A DNA stretch of 64,000 bases, from positions 251,596,001-251,660,000 of the forward strand of contig OZ024741.1 in NCBI GenBank assembly GCA_964016885.1. The letters are read 5' to 3'. A program made the position numbers and the translations under genes. The DNA is from Eledone cirrhosa (lineage: Eukaryota). Positions 16,465 to 30,343 of the stretch are shown here, piece by piece; positions within the stretch are counted from its first letter, which is position 1; each line of letters starts with the position of its first letter. Under the pieces are notes generated by a model that did no database searches, was not told the origin of the DNA, and saw only the letters and a list, made by a program, of their open reading frames with translations.

Positions 16465-18160
<1,696 letters not shown>

Positions 18161-18829
18161 ACAGCTTATTCACACATCACCAATGTAACCACCACCCTCT
18201 CCGTATGAATTTGACCCATTATACCGACTTTCTGCCCCGCCCATCACACATCCCATCCACCTCAATCCCTTAAACTCTATCTGACCGCTGTAATATAATC
18301 CCCACCTCCCACACACACAGACACCCACACAGTTTCCTGCAACTACCCACAATTCCTTTCTCTATCCCATTTCACTACAGCTTCCCCTTTTTTTTCACGG
18401 GTGCATCTACCCCATTCAACTCTACCTGGGAGCACACACACACATGCACATATGCAACCAACAACCACACACTCTGCCAAACACACATACCAACATACAC
18501 ACGCTCACAATATATATGAACACACATCAACAACAACAGACCCCACCACCACCACCAGGACCCCAACCCCTCCACCCTCTCTCTCCTCCTTATTATTATT
18601 TTTATTTTTGTAATTTATTCCTAATGGTATTTCAACTACCATTTATTTCATTTTACTTTCTGCATTTTTCTTTGCTATTTTGCTTTTGTGTTATTCCTGA
18701 TGAAGGGCAAATTTTTGATATGTTGACTATGTAACTCTTTCTTCAAGTGTGAAATTAATACACTTTATGTTATTGCATCCTCTGGTTCATTCATTTATAT
18801 TTCCTTGACTTATATATATTTATGTATAT

Positions 18830-19630
18830 ATCATCATCATCATCACCGTTTTATGCCCATTCTTCCATGCTAGCATGGGTTAGATGGATTGTCCTGTTGT
18901 GGGCAATGCCAGGTCAGGTGACCATGTCTTGCTCATACAAGACTGATTTTGGCTTGATTTCTACAGCTGGATGTCCTTCCTAACACCATTGATTTCCATG
19001 TGTCTAACACACGTGGGCATGCCCACAAAGTCAGAAAACAGTACAATTCCCATGACTTTCGGAAACATTTTTTCACGCTCAGAGTTGCTGAAGCATGGAA
19101 CAAACTACCTGCATCAGTTGTTAGGTGTCGAGACACTGCATCGTTTAAGGCCTCCATGCTTCCCGAGATTTGCCAACACTACACCTAATGTTCCCGCTCC
19201 ATACACATACACACATGTATATCATGACTCATACACTATTCACTTCCCTGACATTTGTGTATTATTCTACGACATGCTTTCCAGCATAGTTACGTCCCTT
19301 TACGATCTGAGTTCAAATCCCGCCAAGGTTGACTTTGCCTTTCATCCTTACGGGGTCGATAAAATAAAGTACCAGTAATACACTGGATAATTGCTGGCCT
19401 TGTGCCTAAAGTAGAAGCAATTATTCTATGTACTATACATGCACCTTTGATGAGTTGTAGTGCCCCTGAGCACTTTACACAATAATTTCATTATATTATA
19501 TTATATTACCAACCTCATTTACAGTGAGTACTGGGTGCTTTTTTTAGCATGGCGCCTACACGACCACTTTACAGTGTGGGCTGGGTGTTCTTTTGTTGTG
19601 ACACCTCCATGACCACTTTTCAGTGGGAGG
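18830..19630. mobile_element. Nested cluster: (CAT)n-tailed short element interrupted by a CR1-like LINE 3' end (about 18989-19505), itself interrupted by SINE B (about 19270-19428)
   Basis: The CR1 part translates SNTRGHAHKVRKQ...RKHFFTLRVAEAWNKLP and matches 58570-58922. ATTATTCTA is duplicated around the SINE. Confidence 0.8.
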
Positions 19631-19679
19631 TAGGTGGGGGCATATTGCCTATGTGTTTCAGCTTTGGCTTGTACATATA

Positions 19680-20345
19680 TCATCATCATGTTTGTGTCTG
19701 TTTTCAACACAACAGCTCTCCACTTGCTGTGTTCTATTGTCATCTCCTCTGCGAGTCTCAGCGATTTGAGATTAGCACTCACCACCTCAGCCCATGTCTG
19801 TCGTGGTCTACCTCGATTGCAGCTTCCTTCCACAGGGATTTCTTGTTACTTCTTCACGCAGAAATCATCCTCCATGCTCATCACATGTCCATACCATGGC
19901 AGTCTTCTCTCAAGCACACCACATCAGATTCCTCTTAAACCCAATTTCTTCATCAATTCATCCAAGCTCTGCTTTTTTTCTCACATTTACATTACACATC
20001 CAATAAAGTATGGTTGCTTCGTTTCCTTCCAGTTTGTTTCACTGCGATGTAGAATTACACTTTATACACAGGAGTCATATAGTCGTATGTAGGGAGAATC
20101 CTTTAGTTGTCAACAGTGGGAGTAGCTATCTAAACTTATTCCATCCTATCCTTATTCTAGCTATTATGCTCCCTGAACACCCTCCTCCACTGCTAATTAA
20201 GTCACCTAGCTAGCAGAAGCAATCAACTATTTCTATGGATCCTTCATGTGATTGCAAAAGACTTATATCACTGAAACTCTTCTTCTCAATTACCCCTCTA
20301 CATCTTCTACAAAGTCTTCCCTTCCTGTTAGTCTATCTGTTATCT
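19680..20345 (-). mobile_element. Decayed RTE-type LINE 3' end
   Basis: Minus-strand translation EGSCNRGRPRQTWAEVV. Same family as 30310-30660, 39640-40030, 45780-46252 and 50110-50820. Confidence 0.75.
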
Positions 20346-20704
20346 CACTACATCTCTTATGTGTCCATGATTTACATGTATGCATATATATTTATACATA
20401 TATGCATATATATATATGTGTGTGTGTGTATGCGTGTATATATATATATATATTCAGAGAGAGAGAGAGAGAAAAATAGATGGATGGATAGATATATGTA
20501 CATATACACAAACATATACACACATATGCATATACATGCATAGATACATCCATCATACATGCCTACACACACACACACACACACACAAACATACATACAC
20601 ACATACTTACCCATACATGCATACATCCCTCACTTAATTCTTCCAATATTGTAAAATGTAAAATATTCAGAATCTGATAAAGAGAACAAACAATAACAGC
20701 AATA

Positions 20705-21530
20705 ATAATGGTTTCTGATTTAAACACAAGGCCAGCAATTTTGGGGGATGGGAAAGTCGATTAAATCGACCCCAGTGTGTTACTGGTACTTTATTTTATC
20801 GACCCTCCTAAAGATGTAAGGCAAAACTAACAACGGCAGGATTTAAACTCAGAACGTAAAGTTCCATAATTATATGCCACAAAGTATGTTGTATAAGCTT
20901 TACTGATACTACCAATCCACAGCCCTCATCGGGATAATATAGTGGTTTCTGATTGAGGCACAAGGCCAGCAATAACCCAGTGTATTACTGGTACTTTATT
21001 TTATCGACCCTGTAAGGATGAAAGGCAAAGTTAACTTCGGCGGGATTTGAACTCAGAATGGCAAGGGCCGTAACTCTACGTGTCAAAGCATGGCGTCCGA
21101 CCCTCTACCGATACTGCCAGGTTTCTGATTGAGGCACAAGGTCAGCAATTTTGGGGAACGGGAAAGTCAATTGAATCAATCCCAGTACATTGCTTGGTCA
21201 AGGGCGATGGATTGGCAGTATTGGTAGAGTTTTGGACACCATGGTTTGCAGCATTGAGTTACGGTTCTTTACAGTTTGAGTTCAAATCCCACTGAGGTTA
21301 ACTTTGCCTTTCATCCTTTCCTTATGGGGTCAATAAAATAAAGCACCAGTAATACACTGGGATAATTGCTGGCCTTGTGCTAAAGTAGAAACAATTATAT
21401 CAACTACATAAGGATGAATGGCAAAGATCATCTCAACGGGATTTCAACTCAGAACATAAAGGGCCATAACTATATCTCACAAAGCATGTTGACTGCTGAT
21501 CTACCGATTCTGCCAAATCTATCACCTTGC
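20705..21530. mobile_element. Cluster of 4-5 SINE B copies or fragments in both orientations
   Basis: Repeated GGTTTCTGATT..GGCACAAGGCCAGCAAT and GATTTGAACTCAG on the minus strand, plus one plus-strand copy at about 21200-21398. Confidence 0.8.
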
Positions 21531-21891
21531 CAATAACAACAATGATGACAGCAATAATGATATAAATAATGATAAAAAATGATGATGTAAAAAGATATTT
21601 AAAAAAAATAACAATAATTATTTCATTGTTGGCCACACGTGCTGAAACATAGAGAACAATAGAAAACAGGGACACCAACATGTACAACATTAACAACAAC
21701 AACATGAACATTGACAATAAGAACTACAACAGCAATAAGAAGGAGGAGGTTAATGGTTTTTCAGTTGTTGAATAACTACAATGAAAAAAATGATAATGTG
21801 TTTGAAGGAAATAAAGGGAGTTTTTTTATCAATAATAAACAGTGTCATTACCTGGGTGTTCTTAATCCATAATATATATATATATATACAT

Positions 21892-22224
21892 ATGCAAGTA
21901 TATATTACACAAAGAGAAGTGTGTTACACAGTGAGATGTGTGTAAAGAATTATTACAAGTGATTTTACCGTTACTGTATAGGGAACAATATCTACAGATT
22001 AGCAATTAAATAGAAAAAAAAACCAATTCAGAATCAAATCTCTGGATTAGAGTTTTAAATCACAAACCTTATAACTATTGATTCTGAATTGGGTTTTTTT
22101 TTCTATTTAATTGCTAACCTGTAGATATTGTTCCCTATACAGTAACGGTAAAATCACTTGTAATAATTCTTTACACACATCTCACTGTGTAACACACTTC
22201 TCTTTGTGTAATATATACTTGCAT
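21892..22224. repeat. Long inverted repeat, ~146-bp arms with a 40-bp spacer
   Basis: 21892-22037 is the near-perfect reverse complement of 22078-22224. Confidence 0.95.
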
Positions 22225-22320
22225 TTGAGCTCAGAAGGAAATTCTCTATTCTTCTTTGAGCTAATACTATTATTATTATTATTACAGTGAACTGCGGAAT
22301 ACTCTTAATTCCGATCTTTG

Positions 22321-22414
<94 letters not shown>

Positions 22415-22491
22415 CATATATGTATATATATATGTATATATATATATGTATATATATATATGTATATATATATATACATATATATATATAC

Positions 22492-22568
<77 letters not shown>

Positions 22569-22835
22569 CACACACATATATATATATATTTATAGGATAG
22601 ATCGACTTTCGTCAAATCGGACCGAGGGAACAATGTTTCCGTTGGTCTTTCCAGTTGCTAATACTATCTATCGGTCGCAACTCCAGGTAGAAGGAGCAAT
22701 GTGAAATAAAGTGTCTTGCTCAAGGACATAACGCATCACCTGGTCCAGGAATCGAACTCACAACCTCAAGATTGTGAATCCAATTCTCTAACCACTCAGC
22801 CACACAGACATATATATACATATATATATACATAC

Positions 22836-22868
<33 letters not shown>

Positions 22869-22893
22869 CATATATACATTTTCCTATATATAT

Positions 22894-22936
<43 letters not shown>

Positions 22937-22959
22937 TACATAGACAGTATGCCCCCATC

Positions 22960-23226
22960 CCCTCCCACTGCAAAGTGGTCATGTAGGTGTCACAACGAAG
23001 AAGCATCCAGTCCACACTGTAAAGTGGTCATGTTGGCGCCACGGTAAAAAAGCACACAGTACACACTGTAAACAAGGTTGGTGTTAGGAAGGGCATCCAG
23101 CTGTAGAAATCAAGCCAGAACCAGTTCTGTATGAGCAAGACATAGTCACCTGACCTGGCACTGCCCACAACAGAACAACCTGCCTAACCCATGCTAGCAT
23201 GGAAAAATTGACAGTGATGACGATGA
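22960..23226 (+). mobile_element. (GAT)n-tailed short interspersed element, family C (GGTGTTAGGAAGGGCATCCAGCTGTAGAAA)
   Basis: Many related copies: 29658-29930(-), 35175-35345, 37019-37188, 37670-38038, 45130-45752 (three partial copies), 53500-53690(-), 57337-57503, 63106-63162. Its 3' end resembles the tail of the RTE-type LINE at 46200-46252. Confidence 0.75.
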
Positions 23227-23261
23227 TATATATATACATATATATATATTTGCAAAAGATG

Positions 23262-23472
23262 TCAACATGAATGGACCTATTATTTTTATCTAAAGACATT
23301 TTTTCAAATTCCATCCCGCCCGTCCCCTTAATCTATTTTATTTCTCATTCTTTCTTCTGATGAAGGACTGGCGTCCGAAACGTTAAGACCCTCTTCCTGC
23401 TATTTCAAGCATTAACCTAATATATCCCTTCCAGATACTGTACTGATTGTGTTGTTATTTCTGTTTACCTTT

Positions 23473-23480
<8 letters not shown>
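23262..23480 (+). mobile_element. ~220-bp dispersed repeat (Penelope pLTR-like) carrying a minimal hammerhead
   Basis: Homologous copies at about 49800-50025(+) and 55139-55355(-). Confidence 0.7.
23353..23388 (+). ncRNA. Minimal type I hammerhead ribozyme
   Basis: UCUU-CUGAUGA-A-GGAC(UGGC)GUCC-GAAAC-GUU^-AAGA. Stem I is UCUU/AAGA and stem III is the palindrome AACGUU, as in PLE-associated minimal hammerheads. Confidence 0.75.
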
Positions 23481-23521
<41 letters not shown>

Positions 23522-23624
23522 GAGTTAAACAAAATTCAATGAGTACATCAAAGAATGAGTTTTACAGTAGATTGGAAGCACTCTACAGTGTAATATTTTC
23601 CGGAGTTATTAATATTAAAATATT

Positions 23625-23844
23625 AAAATACAAATATTAATAAAATAGATGTTCCTGTGATCAATTACATTTTATTATACATATTTCAGAGGTACAACAG
23701 TACGTCCTCATCAGATAAAATAAAATGGGTATGTCATGTATCATTTTATTTTATCTGATGAGGATGTACTGTTGTACCTCTGAAATATGTTTGATAAAAT
23801 TTAATTGATCACAGGAACATCTATTTTATTAATATTTGTATTTT
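23625..23844. repeat. Inverted repeat (~103-bp arms), each arm containing a hammerhead-like motif
   Basis: 23625-23727 pairs with 23742-23844. The right arm reads ATTTTAT-CTGATGA-GGATGTAC(TGTT)GTACCTCT-GAAA-TATGTTTG-ATAAAAT. Confidence 0.85.
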
Positions 23845-24549
23845 ATTAATATTTGTATATACATACATACAAATATATACATATACACATATACATACAC
23901 ACACATATATTATATAATATATTGCTGTGTGTGTAGCAATATACACTACTGTGTAAAATTATCTTTTGGGATGGTGATGGCATGAGATAATGTAATACAC
24001 TGTGATACAATGTAACAGTGGTTGTGACATGATATTGTCACAGTGTGAGATATAGTGTAACAAAGAGTGTGACATACCACTTGTAACAGATGAAGGTGTG
24101 CACCAACAGTGTGACACCATAACTCAACACAACAAGATACCACATTGTAACTCACAATTGAGGGTGCCTCTATGTAGTTGGCTGACATGCTAGAAATAAC
24201 AGCTAATTTACTACAAATCATAGGCTACTCTCTTTAAAAAAATGAAGGACATATTACAAAATGTAGGCCTGGGAATAATATAGATAGAAAAAAGTGAAAT
24301 GTTCATAATAAGAATATGTGTGATCATATGTCTGCCCAAATAGGCTCTCCAGGGGTTAAACAAGGAGAATTACAAAGACAATGGACAAATCTGAAAGTTC
24401 TAATGTAGTGTGAGTGGGAGAACAAAGAAACATTAACAACTGAGGAGGAGTGTTCTATAATAAAACAGTCATTTTGTATCACCAAACACTGTATTTTCTA
24501 TTTTATTTCAATATCTACACTGTCCTTCGGTACATCTTATGCTTATATA

Positions 24550-24870
24550 CTAGTATATAGTATAAGATGTACTGAGAGTTAGTGTAGGAATAAGAACACA
24601 ACTTACATAGGTGAGGCAACCCGTAGCATAGGAGAAAGAATAAATGAACACTGGCAAGAACTCCAAGATGGGAAGAACTCATCAGTACTCCACTAACAGG
24701 CCAACATGGAACATGGAGGAACACCAGAGATCAAAAAGATAAAAATTATATCCACACACAGAAAAGACGCAATTCTCCAACAGAGTACAGAAGCAACAAA
24801 CATAAACAAACTCCAATCAAAATTAAACGAAAAACATGAGTGGAGTAGCAACATCACAACTAGTAATTAA
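24550..24870 (+). pseudogene. Penelope-like element GIY-YIG endonuclease remnant (two in-frame stops)
   Basis: Manual translation from 24550: LVYSIRCTES*CRNKNTTYIGEATRSIGERINEHWQELQDGKNSSVLH*QANMEHGG...QSTEATNINKLQSKLNEKHEW. This shows the VY-I-C..C-YIGE-R-R-EH and EA-I-LN motifs. Not in the ORF track. Confidence 0.85.
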
Positions 24871-25119
24871 GGACCAGATAACGATGTACAGAGACACACA
24901 AGAACCAAACAAATAAAACAAACCAGACACACATAGAACAAGCAACCAACTAGTGACAAGTAAATAAATGTATAAATAAATAAATAAATAAAAACACACA
25001 CACACACACACACACCTGGATATAATGCATGTGCAACCCAAATACACAGCACACAATATACACAAACAAAATGGTGTAGGACAGAACAAAGGAGGGACGA
25101 GGCACAAAATAACAAATTA

Positions 25120-25162
25120 GTCACTGAGGAGGTCACATAATATGTGACGAAAGAGTTTTGAT
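25120..25162 (+). ncRNA. Hammerhead-like motif in the pLTR downstream of the GIY-YIG remnant
   Basis: GUCA-CUGAGGA-G-GUCACAU(AAU)AUGUGAC-GAAA-GAGUUU-UGAU, with a 7-bp stem II and weak stem III. A degenerate homologue lies at about 36025-36150. Confidence 0.65.
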
Positions 25163-25679
25163 AATAAATCAGTTATTAACAACCATCCAGTTATTAAACC
25201 AACCAACTGGAAATTTGTAATAAATATGTGAAAACCAACACTCATTAGAGCTAGATCACCGTCAAATAATAAAATAGCAAAGGACACATCAGATAATGTA
25301 CTCTTAGATGCCACTAAAATGAGATGGTCATGACTGGAATGTCACTAATCATAGGTTTGCTAGATTAGGATTGACCTGATACAAACATGTAAGAACCTTT
25401 ATATTCCAAATACCAGATAAATAATAATAAACTTAGTTATATTACTAAATCCCCACAAATTCTTTATCATTTTCAAGAGTAAGTTGAAGAAATACTTTAA
25501 TTTCTATAAAGAGACACTAATTAAAACTACAACATCATTATTAGCTGGAAATTATATGTTTAGCATTCTCTCACATACACACTTTCTCTCTTTCATTCTC
25601 TATTCATCTCTCTCACACTCTCTCTCTTTATCTCATTCTCTCTGTCTTTATTGGGCAGGTCAGAACTGAGAGTATTGGA

Positions 25680-26250
25680 TCGGATTCTTAAATTTATCCA
25701 ATATTGTCCAATCTGACCCTGCCCAATCTGATCTGATCTGACCCCACCCAATCTGGTCTGATTTTGATCTGATCTCATCTGATCCAGTCTAATTCAGCCA
25801 AGTCTGATCCAGTCAAGCCCAATCAGGTCAAGAGCAAATTGATCCTACCTGATCCTGACCTGTTCTGATCTGGTCAGATCCAATCCCTTCTGATCTGATC
25901 CAATCTGGACTGATCCAGTCCAGGCTGAACCAATCCAACTGATCCAGCCCGGGTTGATCCGATCCCATCTTAGCCAATCTGGCCTGACTGATCCGGCCTG
26001 ACCCAATCAGGTCTGGTTCGATCCGGTCTGGCTTGATCTGGTCTGGTCCAATCTGGTTTGACCCAATCCAGTCTGATCTGATCCAAATTGATCTGATCCA
26101 GTCTAATCTGGTTCAGATCAATCCCATCCGGTCTGATGTGATGTGACCTCATCCCAATCTGGACTGATCTGATCCAATTTGATCTGGTCTGATGGAGTCT
26201 GATTTGATCCTGTCTGATTCAATCCAGTCCAATCCAATCTGTTTTGTTCA
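25680..26250. repeat. Degenerate pentanucleotide repeat (ATCTG/ATCCA)n
   Basis: 5-nt periodicity such as tctgatctgatctgacc and gatccaatctgg. Confidence 0.85.
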
Positions 26251-26940
26251 GACCTGAAGAAGGATGAACTCTGCCAGATATAAGATGCCCAAGACATGCT
26301 GTTATCTTTTTAAAGCTGAAATATGATTCATTTCTTTTGTTGGCCAGCATTCTCACAGATATATAACAAAGGTGGAGAGTTTATTGAATTGACCTTGTTA
26401 TATGGCTGGTGTTTATATAGCAATCAGAGTCATTATAAGCCATAAGGCAAATCATGCCATTGTTAACTTTGCCTTTAATCTCTCTTAGGGTCAATAAAAT
26501 AAAGTACCAACTTGTACTCATTAAAAAGTGTTACCATATGAAAATTGCTTCATATTCCATTCTTACCTTCCTTCTTTTTCTTTGATTAGTTTCAGTTTAA
26601 AACTTTAGTAAGTGCAGATAGTCAATTCAAATATCACATGACATTTTGTCCTATGCTTTAACAACTCTACCAATTCTCTGACTGAAAGACAGTTATACTT
26701 TTTACCATAGTCACAAGGAAAAAGGCAGCACATGCTTTTCAAATTATTTTGAAAATAATAAAAAACTTGGAGGGATTTAGTAATATAACAGTGCTCCTGC
26801 CCTGTCTCTTTACAAGTAAAACCCATGAAGTAAATAATACTCAGCCATGAAAAGATAAGACTATTAAAGTTATATTTGGAATTAATTTTCCACACTTTTT
26901 CTTTCTCTTTTTGAGGTTCATTCGATTATTTCATTTTCAA

Positions 26941-27016
26941 TTCTTCTTCTTCTTCTTCTTCTTCTTCTTCTTCTTCTTCTTCTTCTTCTTCTTCTTCTTC
27001 TTCTTCTTCTTCTTCA
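26941..27016. repeat. (TTC)n microsatellite
   Basis: Direct inspection. Confidence 0.95.
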
Positions 27017-27629
27017 TAGCCACATCAGCACTATCTCCTTCCCTTCCCCCATCTCCGGTCTTGATTCGTCTTAAACAAACAAAAAACACATGGTGCTCCT
27101 GTCCTGTTTGTCTCAAAGTAATATCCAGCCCATGGCTCTAACATTTCCACATCCCTCATACCTGACCCCTATCCACCATCTTCTGGTTAACTGATATTAC
27201 CTTGCACCCACCTCCCACATCTCCTCAACCGTCCTGCCTGTTGCTTTCCTCACCTATCCTGTTAGATGAAGGATAGAAAATACTGCACCTGCCTCGCTAT
27301 CCATCACCTTCTGGTTATCTGATTTAGCTGACATTACCTTACACCCTCCCCATTTCCTCAACCGTTCTGCCCATTGCTTTTTTCACCCACCCCGCTACAT
27401 CAAGGTTGGAAAAGACTGCATATGACAGATGCGGAGTCTGCAAGCTGTAGTGAAATCACACGTCTAGGAGGACAGTGACTCCGACTAAGAACAACTTCTT
27501 GTGGATTCCATAAGCTGTAGTGAAGGCAACTTGTCTAGCAGAATAGACAGTCCAAATATATATAAAAAAAAACTGATATAGAGTGGAGATGACTCTTGAA
27601 TTCAGTAAGACAACCTCTCTAATGCTGAG

Positions 27630-28268
27630 ACACTTGTCTTCTCAAAGAAGCCTGTGCAATGCACTCTGCATGTGAATGAAGCTACATTGAAGCAGGTGGA
27701 GAAGTTCAAGTATCTCAAGGCCATTTTCATAAATGCAAGAATTGAGGAGCTGGAGCGGTAATGTACCAGCTTCACCATTCGGTCATCAGAGGAAGGGATG
27801 TAGGTGTAAGAATGAAACTCACTATATCTTGTTCATGCCGACCCTTACCTATGCTCATAAATTTTGGATAATGACCAAAAGAATACAATCGTGACTGAAA
27901 TGGGGTTCCTCCAAAGAGTCTTTGGAATAACATTTTTCAATAGGTTATGTAGCTGAGAGATCAGGGAGTTACTCCATGTAGAGCACAAATTCTCCGAATT
28001 GAGAGACCACAGCGCCGATACTATGGACATGTGGTTAGAAGGAGACTCAGAGGAAGACCAGGAGCAAGAAGATTGGATACGATCCATGTGCTTGACTGGT
28101 TTCACTTTGTGATCCAGTCAGATCAATTGGAGACAATTTCTTCTTATAGGACCTGTTGGTAGTCGTGTTGGAAGGCTCTGCCCTCATGACCATCTTAGGA
28201 AGAAGAAGAAGAAGAAGAAGAAGAAGAAGAAGAAGAAGAAGAAGAAGAAGAAGAAGAAGAAGAAGAAG

Positions 28269-28298
<30 letters not shown>
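27630..28298 (+). mobile_element. RTE LINE 3' fragment with long (AGA)n tail
   Basis: LHVNEATLKQVEKFKYL, then YYGHVVR, then the GAA tail. Homologous to 11905-12320. Confidence 0.8.
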
Positions 28299-28299
<1 letters not shown>

Positions 28300-28809
28300 C
28301 AGTGTATGTGTGTATGTATTTTTATGTGTATCTCTTTACTAATTAGTTTGACAAAGTACATACAAAATTATCTATCTATAATTTAAGACATCTAATTTTA
28401 CAAAAATTATACATTAAAATACAAATTCTACATATTTGGCTGCCAATCTATGCTGGGTACTACATCTAGTTTCCTTATATTAAAGGATATCCCAGTGCTG
28501 GGGGGTGAGGAGCAGTCAACTTTCTCTATAATCCTCCCAAAGTTGATAAATTAATTACCAGACAACTGAATTTATTTTGATTTTGATACTATTCCTAAAT
28601 TTGTGATCAGGGATTTTGTACCATTTCAATAAGGACTTTTTAAATTGTGTCTAGGACAAACAACCTCCATAGTAGTGGTGGCGCTATAATAAAATGAATT
28701 CATTACACTCAGTAAAGTGGTTGGTGTTAGGAATGACACCCAGCCGCAGAAAACATGTCATTCAAAGTGTCGAGAGAACTCATCAGTTGTGTCAAAGACA
28801 TGACAACTT

Positions 28810-29105
28810 CCCTATTCTCCTGATTTGGTACCATTTGACTATCATCTGTTCCCCAACATGAAAAAAAAAAAAAGAAAACATGACTGGAAACCTGTACCGC
28901 AGTGATGATGTCATCATCATATCTGCTGTTCACTTGTTTTTACGAAAAAGATGAAAGATTCTTCATCAGTGGGATCCAAACACTGCAACACAAATGGAAG
29001 AATTGTGTGGACCACAAGGATGACTATGTTGGAAAATAAACCTCATTTGGTCGTATTACATGAGAGTGTCTTGGTTAGCCTATGAACTTTTCAGCCGAAC
29101 CTCGT
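28810..29105 (+). mobile_element. mariner transposase C-terminal remnant with right end
   Basis: Translates PYSPDLVPFDYHLFPNMKK (the mariner YSPDLAPSDYHLF motif) ... FFISGIQTLQHKWKNCVDHKDDYVGK*, then a TIR-like GAACTTTTCAGCCGAACCTCGT. Confidence 0.88.
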
Positions 29106-29364
29106 TTGTGAGGCATAGCACCCCAGCTTGCCCTGAAGGACAGTAGCTCCAATTAATTTCTGACATACAAACATACATACATACACATAAATATATAAGC
29201 ATACATACATGTATACATAAATATATACACACAAACATACATACATACATACATGATGATGGCTGCCCCCTCGTTATCGAGTATGGCCATTGCACGAGGA
29301 GAAAAAAATATATATATATTAATAAATAAATAAAAAATAAAATAAAATTAAAAAAAGAAATATA

Positions 29365-29405
<41 letters not shown>

Positions 29406-29538
29406 ATATACATATATACACACATATATATATATACATACACACATATATATATACATACACACATATACATTAATAACATGCATACATACGTACATAC
29501 AAACATACATATATACATACATACAAGCATACATTCAT

Positions 29539-29572
<34 letters not shown>

Positions 29573-30307
29573 ACATACAGTTGATGATCAACAAAATGAT
29601 TACACTTACAAGTATACATACTTATGGAAAGATATGCACATACGCACAAATATACTACATCATCATCATCATTGTGTAACGTCTATCTTCCACGCTAGCA
29701 TGGGTTAGATGGGAGTTGTCCCACTTGAGGCAAGTTTGATTGGGTGACCATGTCTCCCTCATATAGGACTGTATTTGGCAGGTTTTCTATGGCTGGATTC
29801 CCTTTCTAACACCAACCACTTTACAGCGTGGATTGGGAGTCTTTTTACCGTGTCTCCTACACAACCACTTTACAGCGTGGACTGGGTGCTTTTTTGTCTG
29901 ACACATACACAACCACTTTAGTCTGGACTGGATGTTGTGGTACCCTCATAACTTTACAGAGAAAGGGTGGTGTGGGTGGGAGTGGGAAGATGGAGTAGGG
30001 GTAGTGGGTTGGGATGTATATTTGGTTAAGAGGGTGCCTACTGACTGTAGGTTTAACTTTGTACCTAAGGGAAGGTGAGTCTTCTGTATTACTGCGAAGC
30101 ACCAAAGGTCTTGATCCAGTGACATTGTCTTAGAGAGGTTAAGTGTGCAAGGTCAGATTTGATCTTGTCGTCCCAGTTTTTTCTGGGTCTAATTACTCTT
30201 TGGCTTCCATCAATTTTGATCGCCCTGTGTGAATATGTGTGTGTATGATATATATACCATACATCCACACATATGTGTATATGTGCATCTCTCTCGCTCT
30301 ATATATA

Positions 30308-30308
30308 T

Positions 30309-30343
<35 letters not shown>

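Noticed and set aside
29257-29298. HDV-like ribozyme
   Set aside because: Two crossing helices are possible, but there is no P1.1, P4 or J4/2 with the catalytic C.
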